Shown piece after piece: positions 1 through 9,812 of a stretch of 32,026 nucleotides of DNA. This stretch comes from Abditibacteriaceae bacterium. GTDB lineage: Bacteria; Armatimonadota; Abditibacteriia; Abditibacteriales; Abditibacteriaceae. The DNA lies in the NCBI GenBank assembly GCA_031372065.1, contig JANMKN010000386.1:1-32026 (forward strand), written 5' to 3'. The position numbers and the translations under genes are program-made. How positions within the stretch are numbered: position 1 is the stretch's first letter; each line of letters begins with the position of its first letter. The notes beneath the pieces were generated by a model. The model did not search any database. It saw only the letters and a program-made list of their open reading frames with translations, and was not told where the DNA came from.

Positions 1-2927
1 AACGACGAAACGTTGGGCACACCCGGCGCCTCTGACGGGTTGAAGCGCAAAATTCCGCCCTTGCCGTTGATGGTGCCGGTGTTGACGACTTTGATAAAGC
101 CGCTGATGGCGTTGGTGTTGGCGTTGTTCTTGTTGATGGTGCCGGTGTTGGTCAGCGTGGTCAGGCCCGAAGCGTCGTCGCGCGTGATGGGGAAGCCGTC
201 ATCCAGATCTAAATTCAAGGTGCCGCTGTTGGTGAAGGTGGTGTTGGGAGCGGTGAACTTGAAGCCGGTTTTCTTGACCGTCAGCGTGCCCTGATTATCC
301 AACTTGGCGGCACCGAATCCCATCTGGTTGTTGGTAGCGTCAATCATGTTGACTTTGCTGTTGGGCGTGATCGTCCAGGTTCCGCCGAATAGTCCGGTGC
401 CGCCGCTACCGAAAACGGGAGTGCCGATTTCAATCAGGCCAGCGCCGAGAGTTTTGAGCGACACACCGGCAAGGGCGGTTTGGCCTCCCGTCAAAATCAG
501 CCTGCCATTGCCGCCCGTTGCGGTGCCAGCGGTTAACGTTCCCGCCAGTGCCACGTTGTCGAGGGTTGACTGGCCCGCGCCGATGAAACCCGGTCCGGAG
601 AAAGTTTGCAATCCCGTGCCGTTGCTGTTGAGGAAAAACGTGGTGCCCGCCGCCGTCTGGAACGTGCCGGTGTGGTTGCCACTGAACCCGGAAGTGAAGA
701 TGGCAAGACCGCCGCTTTTTACGTCAACAAAGCCGGTGTTGTTGAATTTCACACCACCAAAGTTAACGGTTTCTCCGACTCCAGCATTGGCTATGAGAGT
801 GCCGCCGTTGCTGAAAACGGGCGTGCCTGCGCTATTGCCGGTCAGGTTGAAGTTGCTCGATGATCCCCCGGTCGCCGTAACACGAAACGTGCCGAGGTTG
901 ATGATTGTGGCCGGAGCGCCAGTGCTGCTGTGGTCCCGCATTTGAATCAGGCCGCTCGACCAGTTCACTGTGCCGCGATTGGTGAGAGTGGCGCCGGCAA
1001 ACGTGCGCGGCGCATCGCCCGCTATGGTGAACACGCCGCCAATCGGAATAATGATGTTGCAGCCAATCTCTCCGGCGTTTCCGCTTTCCGTCCAATCGAG
1101 GTTTTTGTTGACAGTCAGGTTGCCGGTTCCGACCACCGAACAGTCAAATCCCAGTTCCAGAGCACCGACTTCTTCGGACGAAGAAACCTTGACTTGAAAC
1201 TCGCCGATATGGTCAACATTGCCAATGATGGCTTTGTCATAACGATTAGGCACGCGGCTCAAAATATCGCAAAAGCTGCCCCAGTTGCGGTTATCACGCC
1301 ATTCAGTCGGGTCGCCAGCCACGCCCACTTGAGGCGGTATCACACAATCGAGGTTGTCGGCGTTGCCGGTATAAGTAATTTCACCGCCGCGATACAAAGA
1401 CACATCAATCGTTTGGGAATTGTTGCTGGCGTTCGGATCGCTGATCGTAATCGTGGTGCTATAGACGCCAGCGCCCAGACCCGACGCATTGACGGCAACT
1501 GTGACAGTATCTTCTTCTCCAGTCGAAGTGCCAGTCGTCGGGCCGATGAAGCTAAGGAAGGGGCTGTTTTCCGTTACCTTCCAGTTCAGCGTAGTGCCGC
1601 TGCCACCGCTGTTGAAAACCTTGAAAGTTTGGTTGGGCGCCGTGTTGGCATCGTAAAAAACGCCAAATCCCATTGATGAGGGAGTGCGCGCAATAACAGC
1701 GCTGGGAATAAAATCAATTCCCGTAGCTGATGTATTAGTGATCGTCACGCTTCGTGTTTTGAAGCCGCGTCCTACAAAGGAAGCACTCACTGAATAGCTG
1801 CCGGTTGAAGTGCCGGGCAGTGTGTATGTGCCATCAGCTAATGTATTTACCGTTGGACCGCGATAGGGATTGTTAAAATCGGTGCTGGTGCAAGTGATTA
1901 CAGCACCTTGGATGCCATTTCCGGAGCCATCGGTAACGCGTCCTGAAATCGAAAGAGGATTGCCATAGGTGGCACCCATCGCTGCTATATCTGATGCACT
2001 CAAATGGGTTTTTTGGCCGATTTCTCCGTTGAGGATCGTTCCGTTAGGATCGTAAATGGAGTCTTGGCTGCCGTCGGGATGCTGATACAGGGTAATGCCA
2101 TCGCTCCATGATGTATTTGGTGACTTGACCTGAATAAGAATGGCACCGGCAGGCTTGGCCTGTCCCGGCACTGTGCGCGGATAATGCATCAAAGAGTCAA
2201 AGTCATAAATGCCTTGATTCAGCGAATTTGGAACAATAGCATAATTGGCTGTAAAATCGTCCGACGAATAGGACGGATCGAAATTGGCCGTATTAATCGT
2301 TACGAACGTATCTCGGCCCGTGCGTTGCTGCTCATGAATCATGCCCAGCGAGTGACCAAGTTCATGCGCCATATCCACTACATTACCCCAGTCGGCAACG
2401 TTCAATTCTTGCGGCTGGGAGGATTGCCGTCCCACCCAAGAGTTCATGGGCGCATCTGGCGGATTACTGCCCGGTGTGGATATATTGAACTTTATGTTGA
2501 GGTAATCACCACTGCTTCGCTTCGTGAATTTAAGGTTTGCTGCCTTCTGCCATAAAAAAATCGCTTGTTCAAAAGTCGCGATGGTAGCGGGCGGCATACT
2601 ACTATCGTAGGCGTAACCCACTGTAGCGTTGGGCCATTTTTTGGATGAATTGTTAAAATCGGTGCCAAAGGCACCCCGCACTGAGATGCCACCCGTAAGG
2701 CGTTGCTGCAAGTGGTTGCGCCAATCCTTCAATTCATCAACCGGGTAGCGCATATCCCCGACGTTAACACTGGTTTCTCCCGGCTTCAGCGTCGCGAACA
2801 GTTTGTCAAAGGTCTTGACGCTGAATTCCAATGATTGCCGCGTTTGTGCCCAAGCGCAATTACTCAGGAGAATTCCTGACACCGCAATCAAAAACAAAAC
2901 ACGCAATATAGCCCATTTGTGCTTCAT
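1..2927 (-). CDS. Large secreted astacin-family (M12A) zinc metalloprotease with carboxypeptidase-regulatory-like/Ig-like domains and Gly/Asn/Thr-rich beta-helix-like C-terminal region (3' end beyond window)
   Basis: Manual translation from ATG 2927 (GGAGG RBS upstream): signal peptide MKHKWAILRVLFLIAVSGILLSNCAWAQ; zinc motif HELGHSLGMIHEQQRTGRD (HELGH at 2366-2352); Met-turn YDFDSLMHY; astacin C-terminal GQKTHLSASDIAAMGATYG; then ISGRVTDGSGNGIQGAVI..ADGTYTL and a BACON/Ig-like segment. No stop found in the segments translated and the frame is consistent down to position 3. Absent from the ORF track. Confidence 0.9.
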   Translation of the reverse strand, partial: MKHKWAILRVLFLIAVSGILLSNCAWAQTRQSLEFSVKTFDKLFATLKPGETSVNVGDMRYPVDELKDWRNHLQQRLTGGISVRGAFGTDFNNSSKKWPNATVGYAYDSSMPPATIATFEQAIFLWQKAANLKFTKRSSGDYLNIKFNISTPGSNPPDAPMNSWVGRQSSQPQELNVADWGNVVDMAHELGHSLGMIHEQQRTGRDTFVTINTANFDPSYSSDDFTANYAIVPNSLNQGIYDFDSLMHYPRTVPGQAKPAGAILIQVKSPNTSWSDGITLYQHPDGSQDSIYDPNGTILNGEIGQKTHLSASDIAAMGATYGNPLSISGRVTDGSGNGIQGAVITCTSTDFNNPYRGPTVNTLADGTYTLPGTSTGSYSVSASFVGRGFKTRSVTITNTSATGIDFIPSAVIARTPSSMGFGVFYDANTAPNQTFKVFNSGGSGTTLNWKVTENSPFLSFIGPTTGTSTGEEDTVTVAVNASGLGAGVYSTTITISDPNASNNSQTIDVSLYRGGEITYTGNADNLDCVIPPQVGVAGDPTEWRDNRNWGSFCDILSRVPNRYDKAIIGNVDHIGEFQVKVSSSEEVGALELGFDCSVVGTGNLTVNKNLDWTESGNAGEIGCNIIIPIGGVFTIAGDAPRTFAGATLTNRGTVNWSSGLIQMRDHSSTGAPATIINLGTFRVTATGGSSSNFNLTGNSAGTPVFSNGGTLIANAGVGETVNFGGVKFNNTGFVDVKSGGLAIFTSGFSGNHTGTFQTAAGTTFFLNSNGTGLQTFSGPGFIGAGQSTLDNVALAGTLTAGTATGGNGRLILTGGQTALAGVSLKTLGAGLIEIGTPVFGSGGTGLFGGTWTITPNSKVNMIDATNNQMGFGAAKLDNQGTLTVKKTGFKFTAPNTTFTNSGTLNLDLDDGFPITRDDASGLTTLTNTGTINKNNANTNAISGFIKVVNTGTINGKGGILRFNPSEAPGVPNVSS

Positions 2928-3192
2928 GAAACCTCCGTATTTTACGGCATTTTGGGACGGTTATGCTGTTAATGCATTACCAATCAAAGTGGAAGCATCA
3001 CAGCACTTACGATTCTCTTATTTAAGAGAATTGATTCGATTATACCAAATTGATAATTTTTACTGAAAAAAGTTGTTATTTTGAATTTAAAAAGATGAAA
3101 ATTGCAGAAAAAAGTGATTTTTGAGATGGAAATGATGCATTAGCGCGTGTTTTTAAATGCTTTGGACTGCCAATTCTACTAAAGTCATTGCG

Positions 3193-3305
3193 CTCAGAGT
3201 TCTCGTTGGCACTGTAAACATTCCCTCCAACCAAATTAGGGTTCCCGTCGGAACTATTAGGGTTCCCACCGACCGAATTAAGGTTGCTGTGAAGGCTAAC
3301 AACGT
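3193..3305. repeat. Degenerate 21-bp tandem repeat, about 5 units
   Basis: Units at 3193, 3214, 3235, 3256, 3277, e.g. ATTAGGGTTCCCGTCGGAACT / ATTAGGGTTCCCACCGACCGA / ATTAAGGTTGCTGTGAAGGCT. Confidence 0.65.
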
Positions 3306-4531
3306 TACGCTGGATTTATGCTTTCAAAAAAGCTCGGCACCACTTCTTCATAAATCGCCAAACGCGCGGCGCGATGCGCTTGCGGCGTGAAATGTGTGTT
3401 GGCTCGGCCTCGTGCGCCCTGGCCCAGTTTTTTCGCTAAAGTTTCTTCGGTTAAAACGCGTTTTAGGGCCTGTGACAAGGCATTTGGTGCTCGCGAGGCC
3501 ACCAAAAGCGCGCTGTTTTCATGTTCGACCATTTCCGGCACGCCGCCGACTTGCGTAGCCACAATCGGCAAACCGGCGCCCATCGCTTCGAGCAGCGCCA
3601 GCGGCGAGCCTTCGCTGAGTGACGGCAAGGCCAGCACATCAGCAAGCGCGTAATAGGGCGCTGGATCGCTGACTTGGCCGATGAAATGCGTTTTTTCGGA
3701 CACGCCCGATTCTTTCGCTAAGGCTTCGATTTCAGCGCGCTGCGGGCCGTCGCCGACAAGCACTAAATGCACGGACAATTGCGGAGTTTCGCGGCATAAA
3801 ATCGCCAAGGCGCGCACTAAATCGTCCAACGCTTTTTCAAGCGAAAAACGTCCGACGGCTAAAATGATTTTCGTATTTGGCTCGATTTTTAGCGCCGCGC
3901 GCAAGGCAGCCTTGTCTCCGGCGCGTTCGGGAGTCAGCCAGTTCGGGACGATGGAATTGTGTAAAACACGAATGCGTTCGGGTTTGACGCCATGTGCTTC
4001 CAATTCTTTGGCAAAAGCGCCGCTGACGGTTATCACGCGGCGCGCGGCGCGCAGCGACCATAAATCCAAATTGTTATACAGCTTCACTTTGGCATCGGTT
4101 TGCGTGTAGCCGTGATGCCACGCAATCCACGCGCGGCGGCGCCACGCGCCCGATAAGCGCAACAAAAAATGCGATTTGACATGGTGCGTTTCGATAATAT
4201 GCGGCGCTCGTTTCGCAGCTACGCGTCGCAAGGCGCTAATAACGCGGCTGTCGAAGGGAAAGCGCTCGGCAACGACATCAACTGGCACTCCGGCGGCGCG
4301 AGAACGAGCCACAAATTCGTTGGGCACCGCATCCGGCGCGATGGGCGTGCGCGAGCGATGATAAGTGACAAACGACAGCCGAACTTGGCAGGCGTCTTGC
4401 GGCGTGCCGTCTTGTGATGTAGCGCTCTGCGATTTTTCGCTGGCATGAAAATCTAAGAGATTCTTCGCTGGGCCGGTAATCGTTGCTGCTTCGACGAGGG
4501 ACATCACTTTCAGTATGTTGGGTTCTGTCAT
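3305..4531 (-). CDS. Glycosyltransferase family 4 (GT-B)
   Basis: AVGRFSLEK, LPSLSEGSPLALLEAMGAGLPIVATQVGG (E-x7-E motif). Start moved to ATG 4531 (MTEPNILKV) because the ORF-track start overlaps the divergent gene. Confidence 0.9.
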   Translation of the reverse strand: MTEPNILKVMSLVEAATITGPAKNLLDFHASEKSQSATSQDGTPQDACQVRLSFVTYHRSRTPIAPDAVPNEFVARSRAAGVPVDVVAERFPFDSRVISALRRVAAKRAPHIIETHHVKSHFLLRLSGAWRRRAWIAWHHGYTQTDAKVKLYNNLDLWSLRAARRVITVSGAFAKELEAHGVKPERIRVLHNSIVPNWLTPERAGDKAALRAALKIEPNTKIILAVGRFSLEKALDDLVRALAILCRETPQLSVHLVLVGDGPQRAEIEALAKESGVSEKTHFIGQVSDPAPYYALADVLALPSLSEGSPLALLEAMGAGLPIVATQVGGVPEMVEHENSALLVASRAPNALSQALKRVLTEETLAKKLGQGARGRANTHFTPQAHRAARLAIYEEVVPSFFESINPA

Positions 4532-4646
4532 TGTTTTCGCAATCAAAATGTGAAGGTTGTGCGCTAACTCAAAAACAAACTGCTGATAGAATTTATACGG
4601 CGAAACGGTCGTTTGCGCCAGACTGTCAATTTGCATTTTGCTTATC

Positions 4647-5978
4647 ATGCGCGTGCTTTTAATTTCCTATCATTTTCCGCCCGACGCCGAAGTAGGCGCG
4701 GTGCGGCCTTATCAATTTGCACGTTTGCTGCCCGACTATGGCATTGAGCCGTGGATTTTAACGGTGCAACCGGAATTTATCGAACGGCAGGAAAAGCAAA
4801 ATGTAATCGAAGGCGTGCCGCCCGAACACATCATTCGCACGCCCGTTGGACAAACGCGCCGCGTGCGTTTCATTCGTTTTGCCTCGCGTTTGAAAAATAA
4901 ATTGCGGCCTCAACGCGAAGCCGTTGAAACTGTGGCGACCACTCCCTCTGCTACCAACGACATCAATAGCGAAGGATTCTTGCGTTCGACGCCGTTCACA
5001 CGCTTGCTGTTGGCGTGGCTGTGGTTTCCCGACGCGATGGCGGGCTGGCGCGAGCCGGCTTTGGAAGCCGCCGAAAAATTGTTGGCGCGCGAAAAATTTG
5101 ATGCGATCATTTCCACTTCGCCGCCGCGCGTGGTGCATTCGATTGCTTTGGAACTGGCGCGGCGTCACAACTTGCCGTGGCTTATGGATTTGCGCGACCC
5201 GTGGTATAAAGATGTGGACGAAATCAATTCCAAAACGCTGGATCGCGCTTACGAAAAATTGTTTTTGCCTTGCTTGGCCCGCGCCGATAAAATCGTTCTC
5301 AACACCAATCGTCTGCTTGATGATGTGGTGCAAAATTATCCGCAGGTCGCCGCCAAAAGTATCGCCATTCCCAACGGTTGCAGCGTAACACCTGCCTCGA
5401 ACGAGGCTCCGGCGGTTACACAATTTTCCATCGGGCACTATGGCAGCGTTTACAGCAAGCGCGATCCCGGCCCGTTTTTGCGCGGCTTGCGCGTGTGGCT
5501 TGATAAGAAGAAATCCTCTGGCGAAAATGTGCCGTTGCGTATGCGTTTTGTCGGCCCGGAATTCGGCACGGTGCCGGAATTGATTGCTGAATTGGGGTTG
5601 GAATCGGTCATCACGCTCAATCCACCAGTGCCGCGTGAGCGTGTGCGCGAATTGATGGCCGAAGATTACGTTTTGTTGCTGCTTGCCAACAAACAACCGC
5701 TCCAAATTCCCGGCAAACTTTACGAATATTTGGCGGCACGGCGGCGTATTTTAGCCAGCGTTGATAAAGACGGCGCCACTGCCGATTTATTGGCGATGGC
5801 TAACGGCGCGGTGTCCGCTTATTCTGAGGAACGTGTGATTGAATTTCTCGAACAATTCTGGCAGGAATTTCAAGCGGGGCAAACAGCGGCGATTTCTAAT
5901 GAAGAATTATTGGACGAATGTAGTTATGCCAGCCGCACCGCGCGCCTCGCCGAAGAATTAAAGGCGCTGCGCCGCTGA
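4647..5978 (+). CDS. Glycosyltransferase family 4 (GT-B)
   Basis: MRVLLISYHFPP, ISTSPP, DLRDPW, IPGKLYEYLAA motifs typical of this GT4 subgroup; ATG 4647 preferred over TTG 4638. Confidence 0.88.
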   Translation: MRVLLISYHFPPDAEVGAVRPYQFARLLPDYGIEPWILTVQPEFIERQEKQNVIEGVPPEHIIRTPVGQTRRVRFIRFASRLKNKLRPQREAVETVATTPSATNDINSEGFLRSTPFTRLLLAWLWFPDAMAGWREPALEAAEKLLAREKFDAIISTSPPRVVHSIALELARRHNLPWLMDLRDPWYKDVDEINSKTLDRAYEKLFLPCLARADKIVLNTNRLLDDVVQNYPQVAAKSIAIPNGCSVTPASNEAPAVTQFSIGHYGSVYSKRDPGPFLRGLRVWLDKKKSSGENVPLRMRFVGPEFGTVPELIAELGLESVITLNPPVPRERVRELMAEDYVLLLLANKQPLQIPGKLYEYLAARRRILASVDKDGATADLLAMANGAVSAYSEERVIEFLEQFWQEFQAGQTAAISNEELLDECSYASRTARLAEELKALRR

Positions 5979-5979
5979 C

Positions 5980-7239
5980 TTAGCGTGCTGCTGACTTTTG
6001 CGCCAAAAGTCCTTCGTGAATTTCGCGCAGGCGCGCCGCCAAAACCGACCAATCATAATGTTGTTCTACCAAAGCGCGGCCTGCACGAGTTAATTTCAAG
6101 CGTTCGTTTTCATCAGCGCAGAGCCGCAAAATCGCTTGCGTGAAATCGTCGTCGCTGTCAGCCAACAAAATGTTCTCGCCGTGCCGCGTTTCGATGCCTT
6201 CGGCGCCCAATCGCGTGGAGACAATCGGTAAATCTGCGGCCATTGCTTCGAGAATTTTCAAGCGCGAACCGCCGCCGATGCGAAGTGGCACCACCGAAGC
6301 CAACGCTTCGCGGCAATAAGACCGCACATCGCGCACGCGGCCCGTAACTTCGATGCCGGGTTTGTCATTTAATGCGGACACTTCGGGCGTCGGATTGCGG
6401 CCTACGATTGTGAAAACGAGGTCTGGATATTTTTCATAAATGCGCGGCCAAACCGATTCGGCAAAGCGCGTGACGGCTTCGGTATTAGCGTGATAATCCA
6501 TTGAGCCGATAAACACGATGCGAAATTGCTTGGGCATTTCTTCGCCCGCTTTGGGCGAATAATATTCGACATTGACTCCGTTTTCGATGACGTGAACCGG
6601 CACTGTGGGCGACCATTGCATGATTTGGTCGCGGTCGCGTTCGCTAACGGTTACATGAGCATCAAAGAGGTTGATGATGCGCTTTTCCATGTCGGCCATG
6701 CGTTTGGCGGTCATTCGCGCATAAACACGGCGTGGCAGGCTGGTTTCCTGTTCGCCGTAGCGCTGCATCAGTTCCGATTCAACGTTATGCCAATCGCAAA
6801 TCAGTTTGGGTTTGCTGCGCGCGGCGCGTAAAATCGGCAAATAATCGGCGAGGTGTAATCCTTCGACTTGCACGATGTCGAAATCTTTTTCGTCCAACAC
6901 CTGCGCCAGTTTTTGTTGCATGGCGGGCGTGGTGTAATTGAGAATCGGTAGTGGCGTTTTACCGATTAAGCCTCGCGCCAATTTGCCTACGCTGTAACTG
7001 CTTTCGAGTGGAATGGTGATCAAATCTTCGCACCATTCGCCAACGGGGTTGCGGTTTTCAAATTGATAGCTGTCTTTTTGCTCGGCGCGGGCTTTTTCGT
7101 CGGAAAAACCCAAATAAGTCACCCGTTCGCCGCCCGCCGCGAGTTCGCGCGCCAAATAAAAATTGCGCAACTGCGCGCCAGTGCTGGGCGGCCAACATTC
7201 CTTGGGCGCAAAGTATAAAATTCGAGGCGATTCATTCAT
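5980..7239 (-). CDS. Glycosyltransferase family 4, polysaccharide biosynthesis
   Basis: DWHNVES, FIGSMDYHAN, VVPLRIGGGSRLKILEAMA; ATG 7239 overlaps the upstream TGA (ATGAATGA). Confidence 0.9.
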   Translation of the reverse strand: MNESPRILYFAPKECWPPSTGAQLRNFYLARELAAGGERVTYLGFSDEKARAEQKDSYQFENRNPVGEWCEDLITIPLESSYSVGKLARGLIGKTPLPILNYTTPAMQQKLAQVLDEKDFDIVQVEGLHLADYLPILRAARSKPKLICDWHNVESELMQRYGEQETSLPRRVYARMTAKRMADMEKRIINLFDAHVTVSERDRDQIMQWSPTVPVHVIENGVNVEYYSPKAGEEMPKQFRIVFIGSMDYHANTEAVTRFAESVWPRIYEKYPDLVFTIVGRNPTPEVSALNDKPGIEVTGRVRDVRSYCREALASVVPLRIGGGSRLKILEAMAADLPIVSTRLGAEGIETRHGENILLADSDDDFTQAILRLCADENERLKLTRAGRALVEQHYDWSVLAARLREIHEGLLAQKSAAR

Positions 7240-8467
7240 TTTTTGGAGTTTCAGAAGTGTTTTGGTCAGCTTCGCGTGCCGTTTCCCAAGTCGCGTAACG
7301 CTCGCCCCGCAGCCATTGAAAAACAGCGAGCAACGACGCATAATTTGCCAGCACAAAATAAAAAGGTAAGCTCGTCAGGCGCGCCAATTTGCCTTTTTGT
7401 TCGTCTGGTTGGCGCGATTTCCAAAACCCCGCTGCCGCCAAAGCATAAAACAAGTTTTGCAGCCCGAAAAGCGCGCGATGCAAACGCGATTTGCGTGCCA
7501 ATTGCGCCGAAGACGGCCATAATGCCAATAAAAAAAACGGCGCGAAATAACGCAACACTTTGTGCGACAAAAGTTGCACCGCATAAAAGCCGCTGCGTAG
7601 CGGATTCATCATGGCGCGATGCGTCCATAAATCGGTAAACGTCTGTGTGATGATGCGCACCCGCATTTTCAGTTCGCGGTCAGTGCGGCGATTGGTTTCT
7701 TCGGTGCAAACCGCGTCCGGCTCGAAAACGGCGCGCAAATTTTGTTCGACCATGACTGTCGCAATCACAAAATCGCTGCACGCTTCGGGCGGCAAAGGCA
7801 CATAAGCGGCGCGGCGCACAGCGTAAAGGCAGCCTGAGGCGCCAATGAGCGAACCGATACGGCTTTCGCAGGTCTTTAGAAACGTTTCGTAGCCCCAATA
7901 CGATTTCGCGCCACTACCCACGCCGCTTTGTGCGGGGTCAACATATAGCAAACGGCCCGCCACACAACCGACTTCTGCATCGGCGAAGTTGGGCATCATA
8001 GAGCGCAAAACATCGGAGTTATACAGCGTTGTCGCGTCGGAAAACAGAATAATTTCGCCTTCCGCCAATTCGACAGCGGCATTTTGCGCCGCCGTTTTGC
8101 CGCCGCGTTGCGCTTGGCGATGCAAACGCGTGCGAAACGGATTATCACGGCGTGTGGCGAAGGTTTTTACGATTTCGTCGGTGGCATCGGACGAGCAATC
8201 GGAGGCAACGAGGATTTCCAATTTCTCCGGCGGATAGTCAAGGAGCAGCGTGTTTTCGAGTTTTGCGGTCAGGCCCAGTTCTTCGTTATAAGCCGTGATA
8301 ATCAGGCTCACCATTGGCTCGAAACCGTTTTCGCGGCGCACCGGGCGCGTCTTATAGTGACTGACCAAACCGGCCAAAAGCGGATAACCAACATAGGTAT
8401 AAGCCAAAGTCGCCGCGCTACCCCAAAAAAACAGCTTGGCAACGTCGCATTTTTTATGCTCATTCAT
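7232..8467 (-). CDS. Glycosyltransferase family 2, membrane-associated (CESA/PgaC-like)
   Basis: IITAYNEE, SDCSSDAT, GKTAAQN, FSDAT, GASGCLYAVRR; N- and C-terminal hydrophobic segments. Confidence 0.9.
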   Translation of the reverse strand: MNEHKKCDVAKLFFWGSAATLAYTYVGYPLLAGLVSHYKTRPVRRENGFEPMVSLIITAYNEELGLTAKLENTLLLDYPPEKLEILVASDCSSDATDEIVKTFATRRDNPFRTRLHRQAQRGGKTAAQNAAVELAEGEIILFSDATTLYNSDVLRSMMPNFADAEVGCVAGRLLYVDPAQSGVGSGAKSYWGYETFLKTCESRIGSLIGASGCLYAVRRAAYVPLPPEACSDFVIATVMVEQNLRAVFEPDAVCTEETNRRTDRELKMRVRIITQTFTDLWTHRAMMNPLRSGFYAVQLLSHKVLRYFAPFFLLALWPSSAQLARKSRLHRALFGLQNLFYALAAAGFWKSRQPDEQKGKLARLTSLPFYFVLANYASLLAVFQWLRGERYATWETAREADQNTSETPKNE

Positions 8468-9804
8468 ACGGGCAAAGGTCTTTCTTCAAGAGTTTCCGCA
8501 GGCAAAACGCGGCCCAAAACACGGCCCGGCCCGGTTTCGTAGATGCGGCGCAGGCAGACAGCATAGCCAACCAAATAATAAACGATCCAGTAGTAGGCGA
8601 CAGAAAGAAAAAAGCTGCTCGCCATATAACCCGCCAGCGATGCCTGTAAACCAACCGATAAATAATAAATGTCGCTATGTGACGGCACATCGGCAGTTTC
8701 GTGTTCCATGCGGCGCAATTGCATTAGCGGCACAAGCATAAAGCCCAAATAAACCGCTAATGCGGGCAATCCCAAATCGGCGGCGACTTGGGTGTAAGCG
8801 TTGTGGCTGGGCTTGCCCCGGTCGGTATAGTGATAAAAATTGTCCATACCAACGCCGAAAACCGGATGCGTAATGGCGACTTGGATGGATTGAAACAACA
8901 GTTGTTGCCGTTCACTGGCCGAACCTGTAGTGTCGCGACTGGTGTCAGTGATACTCGACAAACGCGTCGCATAATTGCCCGGCGCGAGCGCGATAAAGCC
9001 GACAAAAACCATGAGCGACAGCGCGCCAATGAGTAAGCGCCGTCCGCGTCCGAGTTTGTAGGCCAAAACCGCAAACATGGCCGTGAAACCGATAAATCCA
9101 CCGCGCGAATAGGTAAAAATCATGCCGCCGACCAAGACGAATAAACATAAGCCGTAAAAGATTTTCGTCCACCAAGAACGGGCGATGAGCAATAGCACAA
9201 AGACAATCGGCATGATTGTCACTAAAAACAACGCCATATCGTTGGGGTCGGCAAACATTCCTCCCGCCGCACCGCGCACGCGATAACCTTCAAGCGGTGT
9301 TTGTCCGGTGCGCCAATCATGAATGGCGTTGCCCGCCAATTGCAAACCGGCCAAAAGCGCCACCCAAAACAGCCATTTCCAGCGCGATTGCGTGCGCACC
9401 ACGTTTATCATCACGATAAACATCGCCACAATTTTGACGAATTGATCGGTGAAAATCTTTATCGAATCGCTGCGGTCAACTGCCAAGGGAATCGAAAGCG
9501 CCGCGAGTGCTAAAAGTCCGAGCAGCCACTTTAATTCCGGTGGGCGCGCGGTGAGGCGACCTTCCAAAAGATACTGTGTCGGCACGAACCACATCGCCGT
9601 TAGCGCCGCCGCGATTAATTGCCCGCGATCTAAAGCCGGAAAATAATCTTGCGGGCGAAAATACAGCAGCAGCGTGAACAGCACTAAAAAACCAAAGCTG
9701 ATGCTATGGCCGGGCCGGTCGTGTTGCGGCACCACCAACCAACCGCTGCGCGCGGGTAGGGAAGGCGCATCGGAAAGTGGCGAATGAGTGTTGGAAGCGG
9801 CCAT
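8464..9804 (-). CDS. O-antigen ligase / Wzy-like polymerase family membrane protein
   Basis: Many hydrophobic segments, DPNDMA, TYSRGGFIG, GVGMDNF and SHNAYTQVAADLG (Wzy_C-like His motif). Confidence 0.85.
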   Translation of the reverse strand: MAASNTHSPLSDAPSLPARSGWLVVPQHDRPGHSISFGFLVLFTLLLYFRPQDYFPALDRGQLIAAALTAMWFVPTQYLLEGRLTARPPELKWLLGLLALAALSIPLAVDRSDSIKIFTDQFVKIVAMFIVMINVVRTQSRWKWLFWVALLAGLQLAGNAIHDWRTGQTPLEGYRVRGAAGGMFADPNDMALFLVTIMPIVFVLLLIARSWWTKIFYGLCLFVLVGGMIFTYSRGGFIGFTAMFAVLAYKLGRGRRLLIGALSLMVFVGFIALAPGNYATRLSSITDTSRDTTGSASERQQLLFQSIQVAITHPVFGVGMDNFYHYTDRGKPSHNAYTQVAADLGLPALAVYLGFMLVPLMQLRRMEHETADVPSHSDIYYLSVGLQASLAGYMASSFFLSVAYYWIVYYLVGYAVCLRRIYETGPGRVLGRVLPAETLEERPLPV

Positions 9805-9812
9805 AGTTTTCA

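Noticed and set aside
13..2555. Plus-strand ORFs 13-294, 304-945, 930-1676, 2184-2555
   Set aside because: Antisense shadows of the long minus-strand protease gene; their V/P/L-rich composition mirrors its N/G/T codons.
3157..3390. 77-aa ORF over the 21-bp array (and the similar 13192-13410 ORF)
   Set aside because: No RBS, overlaps a real gene, and openness is explained by the repeat.
4758..5705. 315-aa minus-strand ORF and similar long antisense ORFs elsewhere
   Set aside because: Fully overlap well-supported genes on the opposite strand and have no recognisable motifs.
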